Part shown: piece by piece, positions 1-10,280 of the stretch
Numbering within the stretch: position 1 is the stretch's first letter
Layout of the letters: each line of letters starts with the position of its first letter
From: a virus
Taxonomy: Duplodnaviria > Caudoviricetes
Strand: one strand, 5' to 3'
Virus record (IMG/VR): IMGVR_UViG_2887863138_000003
Span: 1-64,000 of that record
Length of the DNA: 64,000 nt
Notes under the pieces: model-generated
Told to the model about the DNA's origin: nothing
The model's database searches: none
What the model saw: the letters and a program-made list of their open reading frames with translations, nothing else
Translations under genes and position numbers: made by a program

Positions 1-409
1 ATGCGAGGAAGTTATTTGATCAAATGCCTTTTGAAACGCCATGAATCAGAGCCTAGTGCACATACCCAAATAGTAGCTACTGCAATCTATGTTACTGTGT
101 TGTCTAGGCAAGTTTTGTCTGAAATACCATTTTTCTATATTTTACTAACAGCATAACTACCCCAGTCCTTCCCCCGTCACTAGCAGTATCGTCTTTAAAG
201 ATTGAGTTAAAAGTTGCGATGACTTACTCAGTCCACGAGGCACGGGAATGTTTTCTAAGCCTCAGAAAAATATCTGATCATTGCCTTCCAGCTTCAAGAA
301 AAGCTACGGATGTGTTAAAACAGGATGAAGTGGGCATTTTTCTGACTTCGATATAAGACCGTAATTAAATCTCACAACCTTAGTCCACCTCTAAATCCAA
401 TACATCCTC

Positions 410-529
410 CTATAAGCTACCAGCAGGTCCAAAAAACTCAAAATGAATATCTGCTTCAACGCAAGCATCAAAATACCCTGGATCCCACGTCAAATTTTCA
501 GCCCATAGATAAAGTTCCAAAAGGTACTA
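410..529 (-). pseudogene. 3' remnant of a flavohemoprotein (Hmp-like) gene
   Basis: Minus strand reads ...VEADIHFEFFGPAGSL-stop (stop 410-412), resembling the flavohemoglobin C-terminus; an in-frame stop lies ~40 codons upstream, so only a fragment remains. Confidence 0.5.
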
Positions 530-569
530 AATGCCTACACACTAGAGAGAACTTTCTTTTCCATAAACT

Positions 570-1435
570 TAGAGTTGGTTCCTATAAAGGTAGTTTCACT
601 TGGGATTTGCTAACAGTTTATGATAAATCGTAGGGAATCAAAAGAGAAAAAAATGCTGTTAACAAAGGTGTTTTTTTGAAATTGTTATCCAATTGTTTTG
701 TATTATATGGAAAAAAGCTCATATCTGTAGGGCGTCAGACAATCTGGTCGTATGCCTCAGCCATGTACAAATTTGACAATGCCTCCTTGTGATTTAGGTA
801 ACTATAACCTTATCGCTTATATGGGTAGAGGCTTATCGACAGCCACATAATGGGGCAAAAAATAAGTTGTCATGTACGAGTAAAATACTTAGAAAAAGCT
901 ACTCATTTTAGATATACAGGAAAAAATAGGATATCTATTCTAAAGCAAGAAATGCTTGAATAAACAGTTGCAGATAAATAAAAAAGAATGGCTTGAGATG
1001 GATCATTAAGAGGCATTCAAAAGTTGGATAGGCAGTTGAAGCTTGTTTTTGCTTGAATGAATTTATTAAACCTAGAGCCTGGATTTGGGAAGTTGGGATA
1101 AAGAAACCTAATCTTCTGCATCTGGTCTATGTATAACCCACCCCTGTCACAAGCATAAAACGAGTTTGTCTACAATCGAAGCCCTTTTCTAATGAAGGGC
1201 TTCGGCTGTAAACAGAGTACTAGAAAATCCAACATACCTGTATAATGGAGATATTCTCTCTTTCAGAAACTTGAGTTGTTCTCAAAGGAGACTCTCAATC
1301 ATTTGGGACTAGTTAAAAGTGTATGATAAACTGTACAGAATCAAAAGACAAAAAAATACTGTTAGTAAAGGTGTTTTTTGAAACTATTTTCCAATATTTT
1401 TCCATAATATAGAGATAAACCCATATTTGTATAAC
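570..1435 (+). repeat. Two imperfect direct copies of a ~150-bp non-coding segment (~570-730 and ~1270-1435)
   Basis: TATGATAAA..GAATCAAAAGA.AAAAAAAT.CTGTTA..AAAGGTGTTTTTT(T)GAAA...TCCAAT...CATAT.TGTA is present in both copies. Confidence 0.7.
1177..1204. terminator. Hairpin, probable intrinsic terminator
   Basis: CGAAGCCCTT-ttctaatg-AAGGGCTTCG perfect 10-bp stem. Confidence 0.5.
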
Positions 1436-1925
1436 CTCAGCAGGAAAAATCAGCTATTCTACAAGCTATTAATCACTCCTAGATTTATGCAGCTACAACA
1501 TGAATGTACAACCAAATAAGGTTTGATATATGTAAGGTGATTAATATGTAATTCAAAAAAATAAATAAAACACTGTCCTCCATAAACTAACATATAGAAG
1601 AGACAGTGTTTTGGTTTGTTATTATTTAAAACATCTGCTACATTACTAAATCCTCCAAGACGTACAGTACACACTAAAATAGTTCAACAAAGATTGAGAC
1701 ATGAAAAGCCTTAATAACCAAAGATATCCACATTCATGTATTACTTTCTACCGAGTTAAAGAGATAGCTAAATATTTCGATTCACTTCTACAAAATCTAT
1801 CGGTCCACCAAAATGCTATAACTCAAATTTTAGACAAAAAAGAGGACAAAAAAGTATCGTCCCCACTCTGTCCCCAAGTTAGTACTTTTAGAACCTGTAC
1901 TAGTAAATTAAACAACCCTGTTACA

Positions 1926-2246
1926 TCAAGCATCCTTACCCCAGGTGTTGTTAGGAAGATCAAGTTCGAATCGTAGACCAATATCATCTTCGCTTAGTCG
2001 TAATGTTTGATTTTTAGTGGAGCCGAGAACGTAGTCCGTTCGGTGATTCCACAAGGCTTTTATGGTGTTTTCCCCCAAGCTGCGAGTAAAAGCTCCTGGG
2101 GCCACTTTCTCGTAAAATGCCCCATAAATCAGCTTGCTACGTTAATTAAATTTAAAGACATATCCACTAATGGAAAGTTGGCCATTTTCTTTATTTAACC
2201 GAATTTCGATCGGGTGGAGGATATGCCTCGTTTCTCTCTTATTCAT
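1926..2246 (-). pseudogene. HK97-family prohead protease, internal stop and 3'-truncated
   Basis: MNKRETRH...ISGYVFKFN*RSKLIYGAFYEKVAPGAFTRSLGENTIKALWNHRTDYVLGSTKNQTLRLSEDDIGLRFELDLPNNTWGKDA*, directly after the portal. Confidence 0.85.
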
Positions 2247-3489
2247 CTACTTGCTTTCCCCCCTTGCTAGTCTTCGTTTTTTGTAGCTCTTCAAGTTGAT
2301 CTAACCAGGTCATATTCAATGGATTGATAGGTCTATCGCCAATTTCCCCATAGCCATTCTGGTTCTCCTTCTCCCTTACCTCCTTGAAGGTGATAGCTGA
2401 AATAGATACCATGTCCTTATAGTATTGAGCACGACTTTGACAATCTCCGCGCAGCTCGCTTTCCACGTTAAACTTGGAATAATACTGTTTGCGCTCTTTG
2501 CTTGTGAATAACTTATAATCAATTTCTTGCTCCCAATTGGTTATGATCGGCTGCAAGGTATTTTTTACGTATTCAATGGATTGATGTTCAATATTTGAAA
2601 AAGTAGCCCGATCCAACTGTCCTAACTTATGGGGTGGAATTTTATAGATTTTGGCTATTTCACCAATGCCGAACTTTTGTGTCTCAATAAATTCAGCATC
2701 TTTCAACGGCATTCCTAAGCTTTGATAATCCAAACCCCCGTCTAAAATGGCAACCTTATGAGCGTTATTTAATCCAGTATTTAATTTCTGCCACTCTTCT
2801 CTTGTTCGATCCTTAGCTTCCGGTTGCAAGATATCTGGCACTTTTAAAATCCCTCTACTAGTCGTACCATTCGCATAAAACGTACCGATGAATTTATCTG
2901 ACGCTTGCTGAATTCCGATCTTTTCACGGATTACTGAAATAGGGGAGATACCCTTTAATCCTGTCTTACTAATAGCCTCTAAGTGAAGTACATCAAACCA
3001 CGGGATTTTACGTTGCTCCCCATTTGGTAAAGTCGTTGTATACCACACTTCACCTGTGTTCGGATCGGTGGTTACTTCCGTTACAGATGGATTTAAGGGC
3101 CATAATGCCTCCAGTCTGCCATTCCATCCCCAATCAATAAGAGCGTAGGCATTTCCCCATAGCATTACATGTACTTGTAGCAACTCTTTAAACGTGTAGG
3201 CGTTCATATACGGATTAGGCCGAATGCCTAGCAGACTCGTGACAGAATGGTTTCGATCTCGTTCGATTCTGTTTCCCTTGCGAGTGAAAATCTGGATCGG
3301 TAGCTTGCCGATATCACCACCTAAGATACTCGCGCATGTGTAGACATTACTGTTTAATAGAGCTGTGTCACCTGTTACGCGTTCCCCACTGTATGTTGTT
3401 GATCCACCAAGTAGATTAATGAGCCAGTCTTTCGGGTTCTGTAAGTCTGATTCATTTTGAAATAAGCTCCTGAATATCATTGCTTTCAC
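2239..3489 (-). CDS. HK97-family phage portal protein
   Basis: 416 aa with typical HK97 portal segments (GLKGISPI, AKIYKIPPHKLG, NIEHQSIEYVKNTLQP); position between terL and protease. Confidence 0.93.
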   Translation of the reverse strand: MKAMIFRSLFQNESDLQNPKDWLINLLGGSTTYSGERVTGDTALLNSNVYTCASILGGDIGKLPIQIFTRKGNRIERDRNHSVTSLLGIRPNPYMNAYTFKELLQVHVMLWGNAYALIDWGWNGRLEALWPLNPSVTEVTTDPNTGEVWYTTTLPNGEQRKIPWFDVLHLEAISKTGLKGISPISVIREKIGIQQASDKFIGTFYANGTTSRGILKVPDILQPEAKDRTREEWQKLNTGLNNAHKVAILDGGLDYQSLGMPLKDAEFIETQKFGIGEIAKIYKIPPHKLGQLDRATFSNIEHQSIEYVKNTLQPIITNWEQEIDYKLFTSKERKQYYSKFNVESELRGDCQSRAQYYKDMVSISAITFKEVREKENQNGYGEIGDRPINPLNMTWLDQLEELQKTKTSKGGKQVDE

Positions 3490-3674
3490 CTCCTGTCGTC
3501 AGGTACACTCGACAGTTTCTTGCCGATTAGAAAGCCTAAAAGACATAAAAAAACACCGGATACATAAAGTCCGGCGATACCATTTAGTAAGTAGGTGGCT
3601 GTCGTAATACAAGCACATCCAGAGAGAATGAGAATATCCTCGATAAATAATAGCAGGAACCGTAAGTACTTCAC
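3486..3674 (-). CDS. Small membrane protein preceding the portal
   Basis: 62 aa, two hydrophobic segments, 4-nt overlap with the portal start, as is usual in Bacillus cos phages. Confidence 0.7.
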   Translation of the reverse strand: MKYLRFLLLFIEDILILSGCACITTATYLLNGIAGLYVSGVFLCLLGFLIGKKLSSVPDDRR

Positions 3675-3746
3675 TTTCTCCCTCCTTTAAATTGCATAAT
3701 AAAAAATCACCGCATATATAACGATGATTTTTTCATTATCTTACTA

Positions 3747-4205
3747 TCACAACCAATAGTTTTTCATTAAATCACTAAACCATTGAGGCTGCCTTACCTC
3801 TTCTCTAGGAAGGTATTCCTTTAAAACAGGTTTAATATCAAGTATTGGAGTACCTTTAACAGCATCTAAACCTTGTACATATAAAACTCTATTCTCTCTT
3901 TTTAATAGTTTTACAGTTGTTAACCCTAATTTATTGGGTCTATATTTACTTCGTTGAGCAAGAATCCCTACGTTAGGATAATTAGGATTATTTCTTGGAA
4001 TCTTAGAACCATATTCAATTTCATCGTCTCGGACTTGATCAAAATAAAAAATAATTTCTATATGTGAGTACTCGTCAATACCATCCAAGCTACTATCTTT
4101 CATATGATCAGCTAATGTAATAGTAGAAATCTCTTCCCCCCAAAAATCATGAGACAAATCTTCTCTTTTATTCTCAACAAAACCAATTGGTTTAACTTGA
4201 AACAT
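3747..4205 (-). CDS. TrmO/TsaA (UPF0066) family SAM-dependent methyltransferase, moron
   Basis: VKPIG, RPNKLGLTTV and GLDAVKGTPILDIKP motifs; RBS AAAGGAG before ATG at 4205. Confidence 0.8.
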   Translation of the reverse strand: MFQVKPIGFVENKREDLSHDFWGEEISTITLADHMKDSSLDGIDEYSHIEIIFYFDQVRDDEIEYGSKIPRNNPNYPNVGILAQRSKYRPNKLGLTTVKLLKRENRVLYVQGLDAVKGTPILDIKPVLKEYLPREEVRQPQWFSDLMKNYWL

Positions 4206-4328
4206 TGAAATCTCATCTCCTTTTGACCTATAAATTAAATTCAATATATTTGTATATTATTTTACAATCAATCTTTAAAAATAGTTTTAAAAGGATTGGC
4301 TAAATTAAGAAAAAACTTACTAAAGATT

Positions 4329-6019
4329 TTAGAAACTGAAATTCCCCGATAAGATATGTGCGTTTAAATCCGCTTTCGGGTCTTTACACATTACCCTTAC
4401 ATGTGCGTTTATCGCTGACGCTATCGGGTCGATCCGATCCGTAGATTTAGACTTGTCCAGCATAATATTTTCCTGGGCGTCCATCTTGGTTACTGCGTTT
4501 CCAATTGACCATTCTAGAACAGGGTTCTTGTCGTGTAGAACCTTCTTTTCCAAAACCATTTCTCTAAAATTCTTTGTTGGTTCTGATAGAGTACGCACCC
4601 CTTGCCTAATTTCAATCATGGTATAGCCTTCTGCCTCCATATCAGCAGCGAATTGCGTTGCATTGTATGGATCGTAACAAACTTCTTTGATTTTCCATTC
4701 CTTATCACGCTCCATGCGCTGAATATACGCCTTAATAAACGTGTAATCCACAACAGCACCAGGAGTGGCCGTCATCCATCCTTGCTGGATATATAGATCA
4801 TAGGGGAATCTATCTGTTTTTCGTTTGACTGCCAACGTATCTTCCGGCATAAACGAATGATTTAAGATAGCAATGTGGTCATTTTTTAGATCAAATTCAA
4901 ATGACACACTGGTTAAGTCAATTTTTTTAGACAGGTCAATACCAACGATACATTCGAATTGGGCAAGATTAGGCATTTCATCAACGCCACATTTGGCCCA
5001 AGCCTCCAGTGACATATACCCGTTTTCTTTCTGATCTACCCACCGATTCATATTTTTGGTTAAGTAGTTTCGCATCTTCTCTGGTACGTCTAAAGCTGCT
5101 TTAAGCTCGCCACGCAAATAAGCCATACCCTCTTCATATGAACATAGGATCGGATTGGCTTTTATCCAGACAGATTCATCTTTGATATCATCGTCCTTGT
5201 CAAGTTCGTTGACCATTACGAAATATTCCTCATTTTCTATGGATGAATAAGGATCAAGGAAGCTGGCATCATTGATGAGTATCACGCCCACCCTACTTCT
5301 GAAATTTATGACGTGCTTGTGTCGGGTATGGGCGCACGTAGTCAACCGTTAATGATGATTATTACAACAGCAGGATTCAACCTGCACCACCCTTGCTATA
5401 GTGTGGAATACTGAGTATATTCCGAATATTACGTTAAAACCGTCACCCGTTTTTCCTGCATCCTTTGATAGAGCAGCGATAAAAGATTCACTTTTGAGAT
5501 GCTGTATTTTTCCGTAGGCTACTTTGAACTTACCATTTAGATCGGGGCAACCATCAATTTGCGTTCGTGATTCATTCCAGACAATTTTACTTTGCTCGGC
5601 TTTGGTAGCTCCGATGTAGACCTCTGACATGTTTTCACCGAAAGCAGAGGCTTCATAGCTTGCCACAGCTCCCAAAGATTGCGATTTAGCATTTTTCCTT
5701 CCTACCTGCCAATACGCTTTGCGAAAACGCCGTAGACCTGTATCCTTATGCACCCATCCATAAATGTTCCCAAAGACAAATACTTGGATTTCATGAGGGG
5801 TTATTCGTTTACCAGCAAGCTTTCCTTTCGTATGTCTGAATAAAGACATCCAATATAAAAAACGATGTGCTTTTTCCTCGTCAAAAATATAAGAAAAATG
5901 TTCCGTCCCCTCATTCTTGATATCATCCAGGAAACGGCTACACGCCCATTTGTGCTTCTCACAAGCAACTATCTCACCAGCTACGATATCAAGACTATAG
6001 TCAATTAGTGTTTAATCAT
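4329..6019 (-). pseudogene. terL: Terminase large subunit, frameshifted at the 5' end and internally inverted (~5260-5430)
   Basis: Walker A VGRKNAKS on the minus strand; the Walker B segment GIIDEYHAHPTSEIYDVLVSGMGARSQPLMMIITTAG reads on the plus strand; nuclease half GIDLSKKIDLT...DRIDPIAS on the minus strand. Confidence 0.9.
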
Positions 6020-6543
6020 AAATCACCAAACGCCTTTTCGACCTCGCTAGGCTCCTGCTTCTCCTGTTTCGGTATTACAAGTTTGCATCGAGAAGCAATA
6101 GTAAGGCCCAAGTCACTTGCTGCTGATCTACATTGTTTAAATAATTTATCCTGGTTAATCAATAAATCTGAATAAGCTGCGTTTGCTTCCTCCCATTCGT
6201 TCATGTCAATTACAGCCCCGTCACCATCATGAATTGCTTGTTTGCGCTGTACTGTCAATTCCGTTTGTAGCAAGGCATCTGTGACTTTTATATACATCTT
6301 TCGGGCATATAAAAAGCGAGCCAGTGCATCTAGATCAAGATTAGTCATGATGCCGATTTGCAACAGCTCGCTTGCAATCTTTTTAAATTCTTTTTTCAGG
6401 TCTTTCGGTAGGTAGTTAGGGGGCTTAACTTTGTCATTTGCCGCCTTTATTTCCTGGACTTTACGCTGTTCTATTTCAGCTTTTGTTAGGTTTTTCTTTC
6501 CCTTGTAGAGCAGCAAGTCAACTGGTTGCCTTGGTCTAGCCAT
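6016..6543 (-). CDS. terS: Terminase small subunit (P27 family-like)
   Basis: MARPRQP start, DLDALARF and ASDLGLTIASRCKL motifs, immediately upstream of terL. Confidence 0.88.
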   Translation of the reverse strand: MARPRQPVDLLLYKGKKNLTKAEIEQRKVQEIKAANDKVKPPNYLPKDLKKEFKKIASELLQIGIMTNLDLDALARFLYARKMYIKVTDALLQTELTVQRKQAIHDGDGAVIDMNEWEEANAAYSDLLINQDKLFKQCRSAASDLGLTIASRCKLVIPKQEKQEPSEVEKAFGDL

Positions 6544-6637
6544 TCCCTCACCCCTTTTTGTCTATTGAAAATAATGTATTAGACTGTGCAAACAAAGTGC
6601 TAGACTGGCATTTATTTATGGAAGAAACCGATCTCCG

Positions 6638-7114
6638 TTAGTTCAATCTAAGCTCCATTTTTCTACTCTTCGTTGTCATTCCGATTGATTCATAAAATAA
6701 AATTGCAGAAGCATTATTCTCCGATACCCCTAATTCAATACTATCAACCTTCAGACTTCCCCCGAAATCAATAACATATTGCATAAGTCTCTTTCCAACG
6801 CCCTTATTTCTGTACGTTTCGGAAACACACAAACTATTTACAAATAATATTTTTCTCGCATTCACAAATGAATTTTCAGTTATGTCTTCTTCCTTCGTCA
6901 CAACTACTCCGATTATCTCTAAGCCTATGGTAGCCACGAAAATATGCTGTTTGACATCAATTAGCTGGCTTTCGAAGAATTCTTTCCCGACTGGAGCTGG
7001 GTTTTCTTTATACAAATCTGGTCTTTCAAAAACGTGTAGATCATGAACCTGCCTGAACAAGAGCAACAAAGATTCGTAGTCATCTTGATGAGCGTTTCGG
7101 ATAGATATATCCAT
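6638..7114 (-). CDS. GNAT family N-acetyltransferase, moron
   Basis: LCVSETYRNKGVGKRLM acetyl-CoA motif; NASAILFYESIGM. Confidence 0.88.
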   Translation of the reverse strand: MDISIRNAHQDDYESLLLLFRQVHDLHVFERPDLYKENPAPVGKEFFESQLIDVKQHIFVATIGLEIIGVVVTKEEDITENSFVNARKILFVNSLCVSETYRNKGVGKRLMQYVIDFGGSLKVDSIELGVSENNASAILFYESIGMTTKSRKMELRLN

Positions 7115-7254
7115 ATTTCTCCCTCCCCAATCAGTTAACGTATTTTACCACGCTTACTCTTTAACCAAAATAGTTTTACTGAGCATTTCTGCCCGTTAGT
7201 TCAATAATTTACAATGAGTCTGACACTTTATTTTCTGTGTACACCTTTCATTTC

Positions 7255-7345
7255 TGAAAATCCATTTAGGGAAATTTTTTTATGGAAGACTGACACGCGG
7301 TCTAGCGTTAGCGCTGTGCAGGTTTTTGATACCCCCCTACCCCAA
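7255..7345. other. Possible cos/packaging site region
   Basis: Non-coding tract with ACCCCCCTACCCC and GACACGCGGTCT between HNH and terS, the usual location and style of cos regions in HK97-like Bacillus phages. Confidence 0.3.
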
Positions 7346-7506
7346 TACCTTCATACAACTTTAAAAGCTCATCTTACCCCGTTTCTGTAGATCTGTGGAC
7401 GTATGTGCTTGTCCCTCTGTAATTCAATCAATTAGAGATAGGACAAATAAAAGAAGCAATCCATCAAAAATTGCTTCTTTGTTTTCTAACCCTATTGTTC
7501 AAACTT

Positions 7507-8067
7507 TTATTTAGTTGAAAGTTCACTCTCTGTTACCCATTTATGATTTTTCACTGGTTCTCCACCAGTTGTAGGAGTGTAATCAACCATATACACGGTA
7601 GTATGTTCACCTGAATCAATTTTAGCAGTTGCACCTTTCATACCTGGCATGTGGTCTGCTTCTAAGGTAACTTCTGTCCCTGGTTTCAAAGTTTCAGTAC
7701 CCGCATTTTTAATCTCTTCCTGAACAACCCATTTATGATTTTTTACTGGTTGTCCACCAGTTGTTGGAGTATACGAAACAGTATAGGCTGTCGTATCATA
7801 AGCACCTACAATCGTTGCTGTAGCACCTTTCATACCTGGTATGTGGTCTGCTTGGATAATTGCCTGACTTCCAACTGGATAAGTTGGATTCTTTGCTTCT
7901 TTTAAACCTTTAGGAACTTCACTCAAAATAGAATGGTTCATATCTGAATGGTTTATGTTTTCAATAGGCTGTGAAGTAGACTGTTGGCTTGTGTTATTTC
8001 CACATCCGCCTAAAGCAATAATTGTGGCGACACTAAGAATTATCAGTTGCTTTTTCACTGAGTACAT
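7507..8067 (-). CDS. YdhK/DUF1541-family lipoprotein, moron
   Basis: Lipobox ALGGC; two repeats of ADH(I/M)PGMKGATA.I...TT.Y.V.YTPTTGG.PVKNHKWV. Confidence 0.88.
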   Translation of the reverse strand: MYSVKKQLIILSVATIIALGGCGNNTSQQSTSQPIENINHSDMNHSILSEVPKGLKEAKNPTYPVGSQAIIQADHIPGMKGATATIVGAYDTTAYTVSYTPTTGGQPVKNHKWVVQEEIKNAGTETLKPGTEVTLEADHMPGMKGATAKIDSGEHTTVYMVDYTPTTGGEPVKNHKWVTESELSTK

Positions 8068-8215
8068 ACCCCTATTCCTTGAAATTATTTTCTTATCAAA
8101 TAATTTACCCACTAAGGTATGTTTGCAAACAAAGGTACAGCAATATTTCCAAACTAATCTCCGTTTAGCTTAATGAGGCTCTTTGTCTAATACTTTATTT
8201 CTTCTAACAGATAGA

Positions 8216-8575
8216 TTATCTCCAAGAGCCTCTATCTTCTATAGCAGTCTTCCGGTTATGACACTGCTCACATAATGGCTGCCAGTTGTTCCGATCCCAA
8301 AACAATGTCCTATCTCCCTTGTGTGGAACGATATGGTCAACTACTGTAGCACCATTGAGTAAACCTTTGTCAAAGCAATGTTTGCAGAGTGGATGCTTTC
8401 TTAAAAATCCTATTCTTGCTTTTCTCCACTTGGCATCGTAGCCACGTTGCGTAGATGATCCACGTTCCCTATCATACTGCTGGACTTGTTTCTTTTGATG
8501 CAAAGGGCAATAAGCTTCTCTTGTTAGTGTTGGGCATCTGGAATGCAGATAGGTCTTTAATGGTTTGCTAGGCAT
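8216..8575 (-). CDS. HNH endonuclease (packaging-associated)
   Basis: PLCKHC...VVDHIVPHKGD..LFWDRNNWQPLCEQCHNRKT. Confidence 0.92.
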   Translation of the reverse strand: MPSKPLKTYLHSRCPTLTREAYCPLHQKKQVQQYDRERGSSTQRGYDAKWRKARIGFLRKHPLCKHCFDKGLLNGATVVDHIVPHKGDRTLFWDRNNWQPLCEQCHNRKTAIEDRGSWR

Positions 8576-8875
8576 TGTTTCACCTTCCTTGTTTAGTAGA
8601 GAAAATATCTATCAAAATGACCTATATATATTTATTTCTTTTCTTTTGTGTACTTATTGCATACATCATACAGCGAAAACTAGAGTTACTGTTACAGAAA
8701 TAAAGGTTATTGCTTACAGAAACCCATCTGGTTAAAATACCCATTTCCGCAAAATTAGTTATTGTAAACAAAAACCCCTATTAATGTTACATAAACTACA
8801 GTTCAAACAGAGTTATTGCGACATGATGTAAACATTAAGTACAAAAGAAAAAAGCACCACATTGGGTGCTTAATC

Positions 8876-9133
8876 TCAGCCAAACAATATCGCACTAAGC
8901 CATTTTTTATTACTGTATAATATTAAACACAGATAAATGGCAAATAGAAAAAATTGTCTTTTAAGTAAAAGAGCTAATGCATTAAGGCCAAGTAAGATTA
9001 ACATAGCTATGTATGTCTTTCCAGTATCTTCGTCATCTAAATGGACAAACAAATAAATTGTAACAAAAATTGCAATAACTAATTGGATATAAAACCAAAC
9101 TTTTTTAAACCGATCTGTTTTGCTAGGTGGCAT
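8876..9133 (-). CDS. Small 3-TM membrane protein, possible immunity partner
   Basis: 85 aa, hydrophobic, directly downstream of a secreted protein gene. Confidence 0.6.
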   Translation of the reverse strand: MPPSKTDRFKKVWFYIQLVIAIFVTIYLFVHLDDEDTGKTYIAMLILLGLNALALLLKRQFFLFAIYLCLILYSNKKWLSAILFG

Positions 9134-9191
9134 TTTCTTATCTATGCTGACTCACCTCTGTCTCTGCAAACTTAACATATATAAAGTATTA

Positions 9192-9881
9192 TTATAGCGG
9201 TTCAACTACAAAACCAAAAGTGAGATTTGTAGTAGTAATCAAAACCCCATTACCTTCATTTGCTTCTTCTATTTTATTAACAGTAGTTTGGAGAAACCAG
9301 GCTATTAAAGATGAAACAAAAGTAACTGATTTTGAATCAGGATAGTCCAAATTGACATTTATCATGGCTAATAACGTAGCAAATGCGACTCCTGCTTTAT
9401 GTTGGCGTATCATATCTCTAGTAGCCCTATCATCTAGCCACATTCCATAACCCCACCAATATACTTTAATGTCTACGTTGCCTTTTAGAGAACGTTCTTT
9501 TGCCATTGCCATTACTTTATTACTTCTTTTTTTGTTCTCTTTTATGGTCGTGATACTTAGGTCTTTATTTACTACAATATTACCCTCTTTTACTTGTATG
9601 TTCAAATCATTCATATGATTCTGAATATCATCAACAAATTCTTCAGGGATTGATAATTCAGAATGGTACGATTGATCTAAAGAGATTGTTCCATCCTCTT
9701 TTCTAATAACATATTCTGCTAACATTTCGACATATTTATTTTGATTCTCTTCAATACTTTTTTTAGCGGTAGATGATTCAGCGGCAGTATTAGTTTTATC
9801 ATAAGCTTCTGCTGGTACTGCTATAGATGTTAAAAGAGCTAACATCGAAAGTGAAAGTAAGACTTTTTTCATGGTTTTCAT
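9192..9881 (-). CDS. Secreted hypothetical protein, bacteriocin-like C-terminal domain suspected
   Basis: Sec signal MKKVLLSLSMLALLTSIAVPAEA; C-terminal VYWWGYGMWL followed by a hydrophobic helical hairpin. Confidence 0.65.
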   Translation of the reverse strand: MKTMKKVLLSLSMLALLTSIAVPAEAYDKTNTAAESSTAKKSIEENQNKYVEMLAEYVIRKEDGTISLDQSYHSELSIPEEFVDDIQNHMNDLNIQVKEGNIVVNKDLSITTIKENKKRSNKVMAMAKERSLKGNVDIKVYWWGYGMWLDDRATRDMIRQHKAGVAFATLLAMINVNLDYPDSKSVTFVSSLIAWFLQTTVNKIEEANEGNGVLITTTNLTFGFVVEPL

Positions 9882-10048
9882 ATCCTTTCAGACTATTTTT
9901 TACAATATAAGCATAACATTTAAAAAAAGGTAAATATATGTAAAAAATTCGACACCTTTTTCAATCAAACCAATATATTGTCGAATATTAATTTGAAAGC
10001 AATATAAAAAATAGCCACCCGCAGGTGACTAATGCACTTATTTCCCTA

Positions 10049-10280
10049 TTACTCAGTCTTTTCTTCTATTGATTGCTCAATAACATAGTTAATTTTTAGC
10101 AATATACCAAGGCGCCAATAATACCAGATTAAGATTGCTAAAGCTAGTAACAAAGCAGAACCAAACATTTTAAAATAAGATAACATATTGTTTTCGAGAG
10201 CTTTTAATAAAACTTTGCCTACTTCGTTATTAATAAATTCATTAAATTCTTCTTTGGATTGTAGAGTTTTAGAAGCTATC
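10049..10280 (-). pseudogene. 3' fragment of a membrane protein gene fused at a deletion junction
   Basis: Reads ...QSKEEFNEFINNEVGKVLLKALENNMLSYFKMFGSALLLALAILIWYYWRLG...KTE*; the upstream part of the ORF is just antisense integrase. Confidence 0.4.

Noticed and set aside
174-370. Possible cupin-like gene remnant downstream of the hmp fragment
   Set aside because: Multiple stops and only a vague resemblance; too decayed to call
1459-2198. Track ORFs 1459..1674, 1701..1976 and 2007..2198
   Set aside because: No RBS or recognisable motifs; the latter two are partly or wholly antisense to the protease pseudogene
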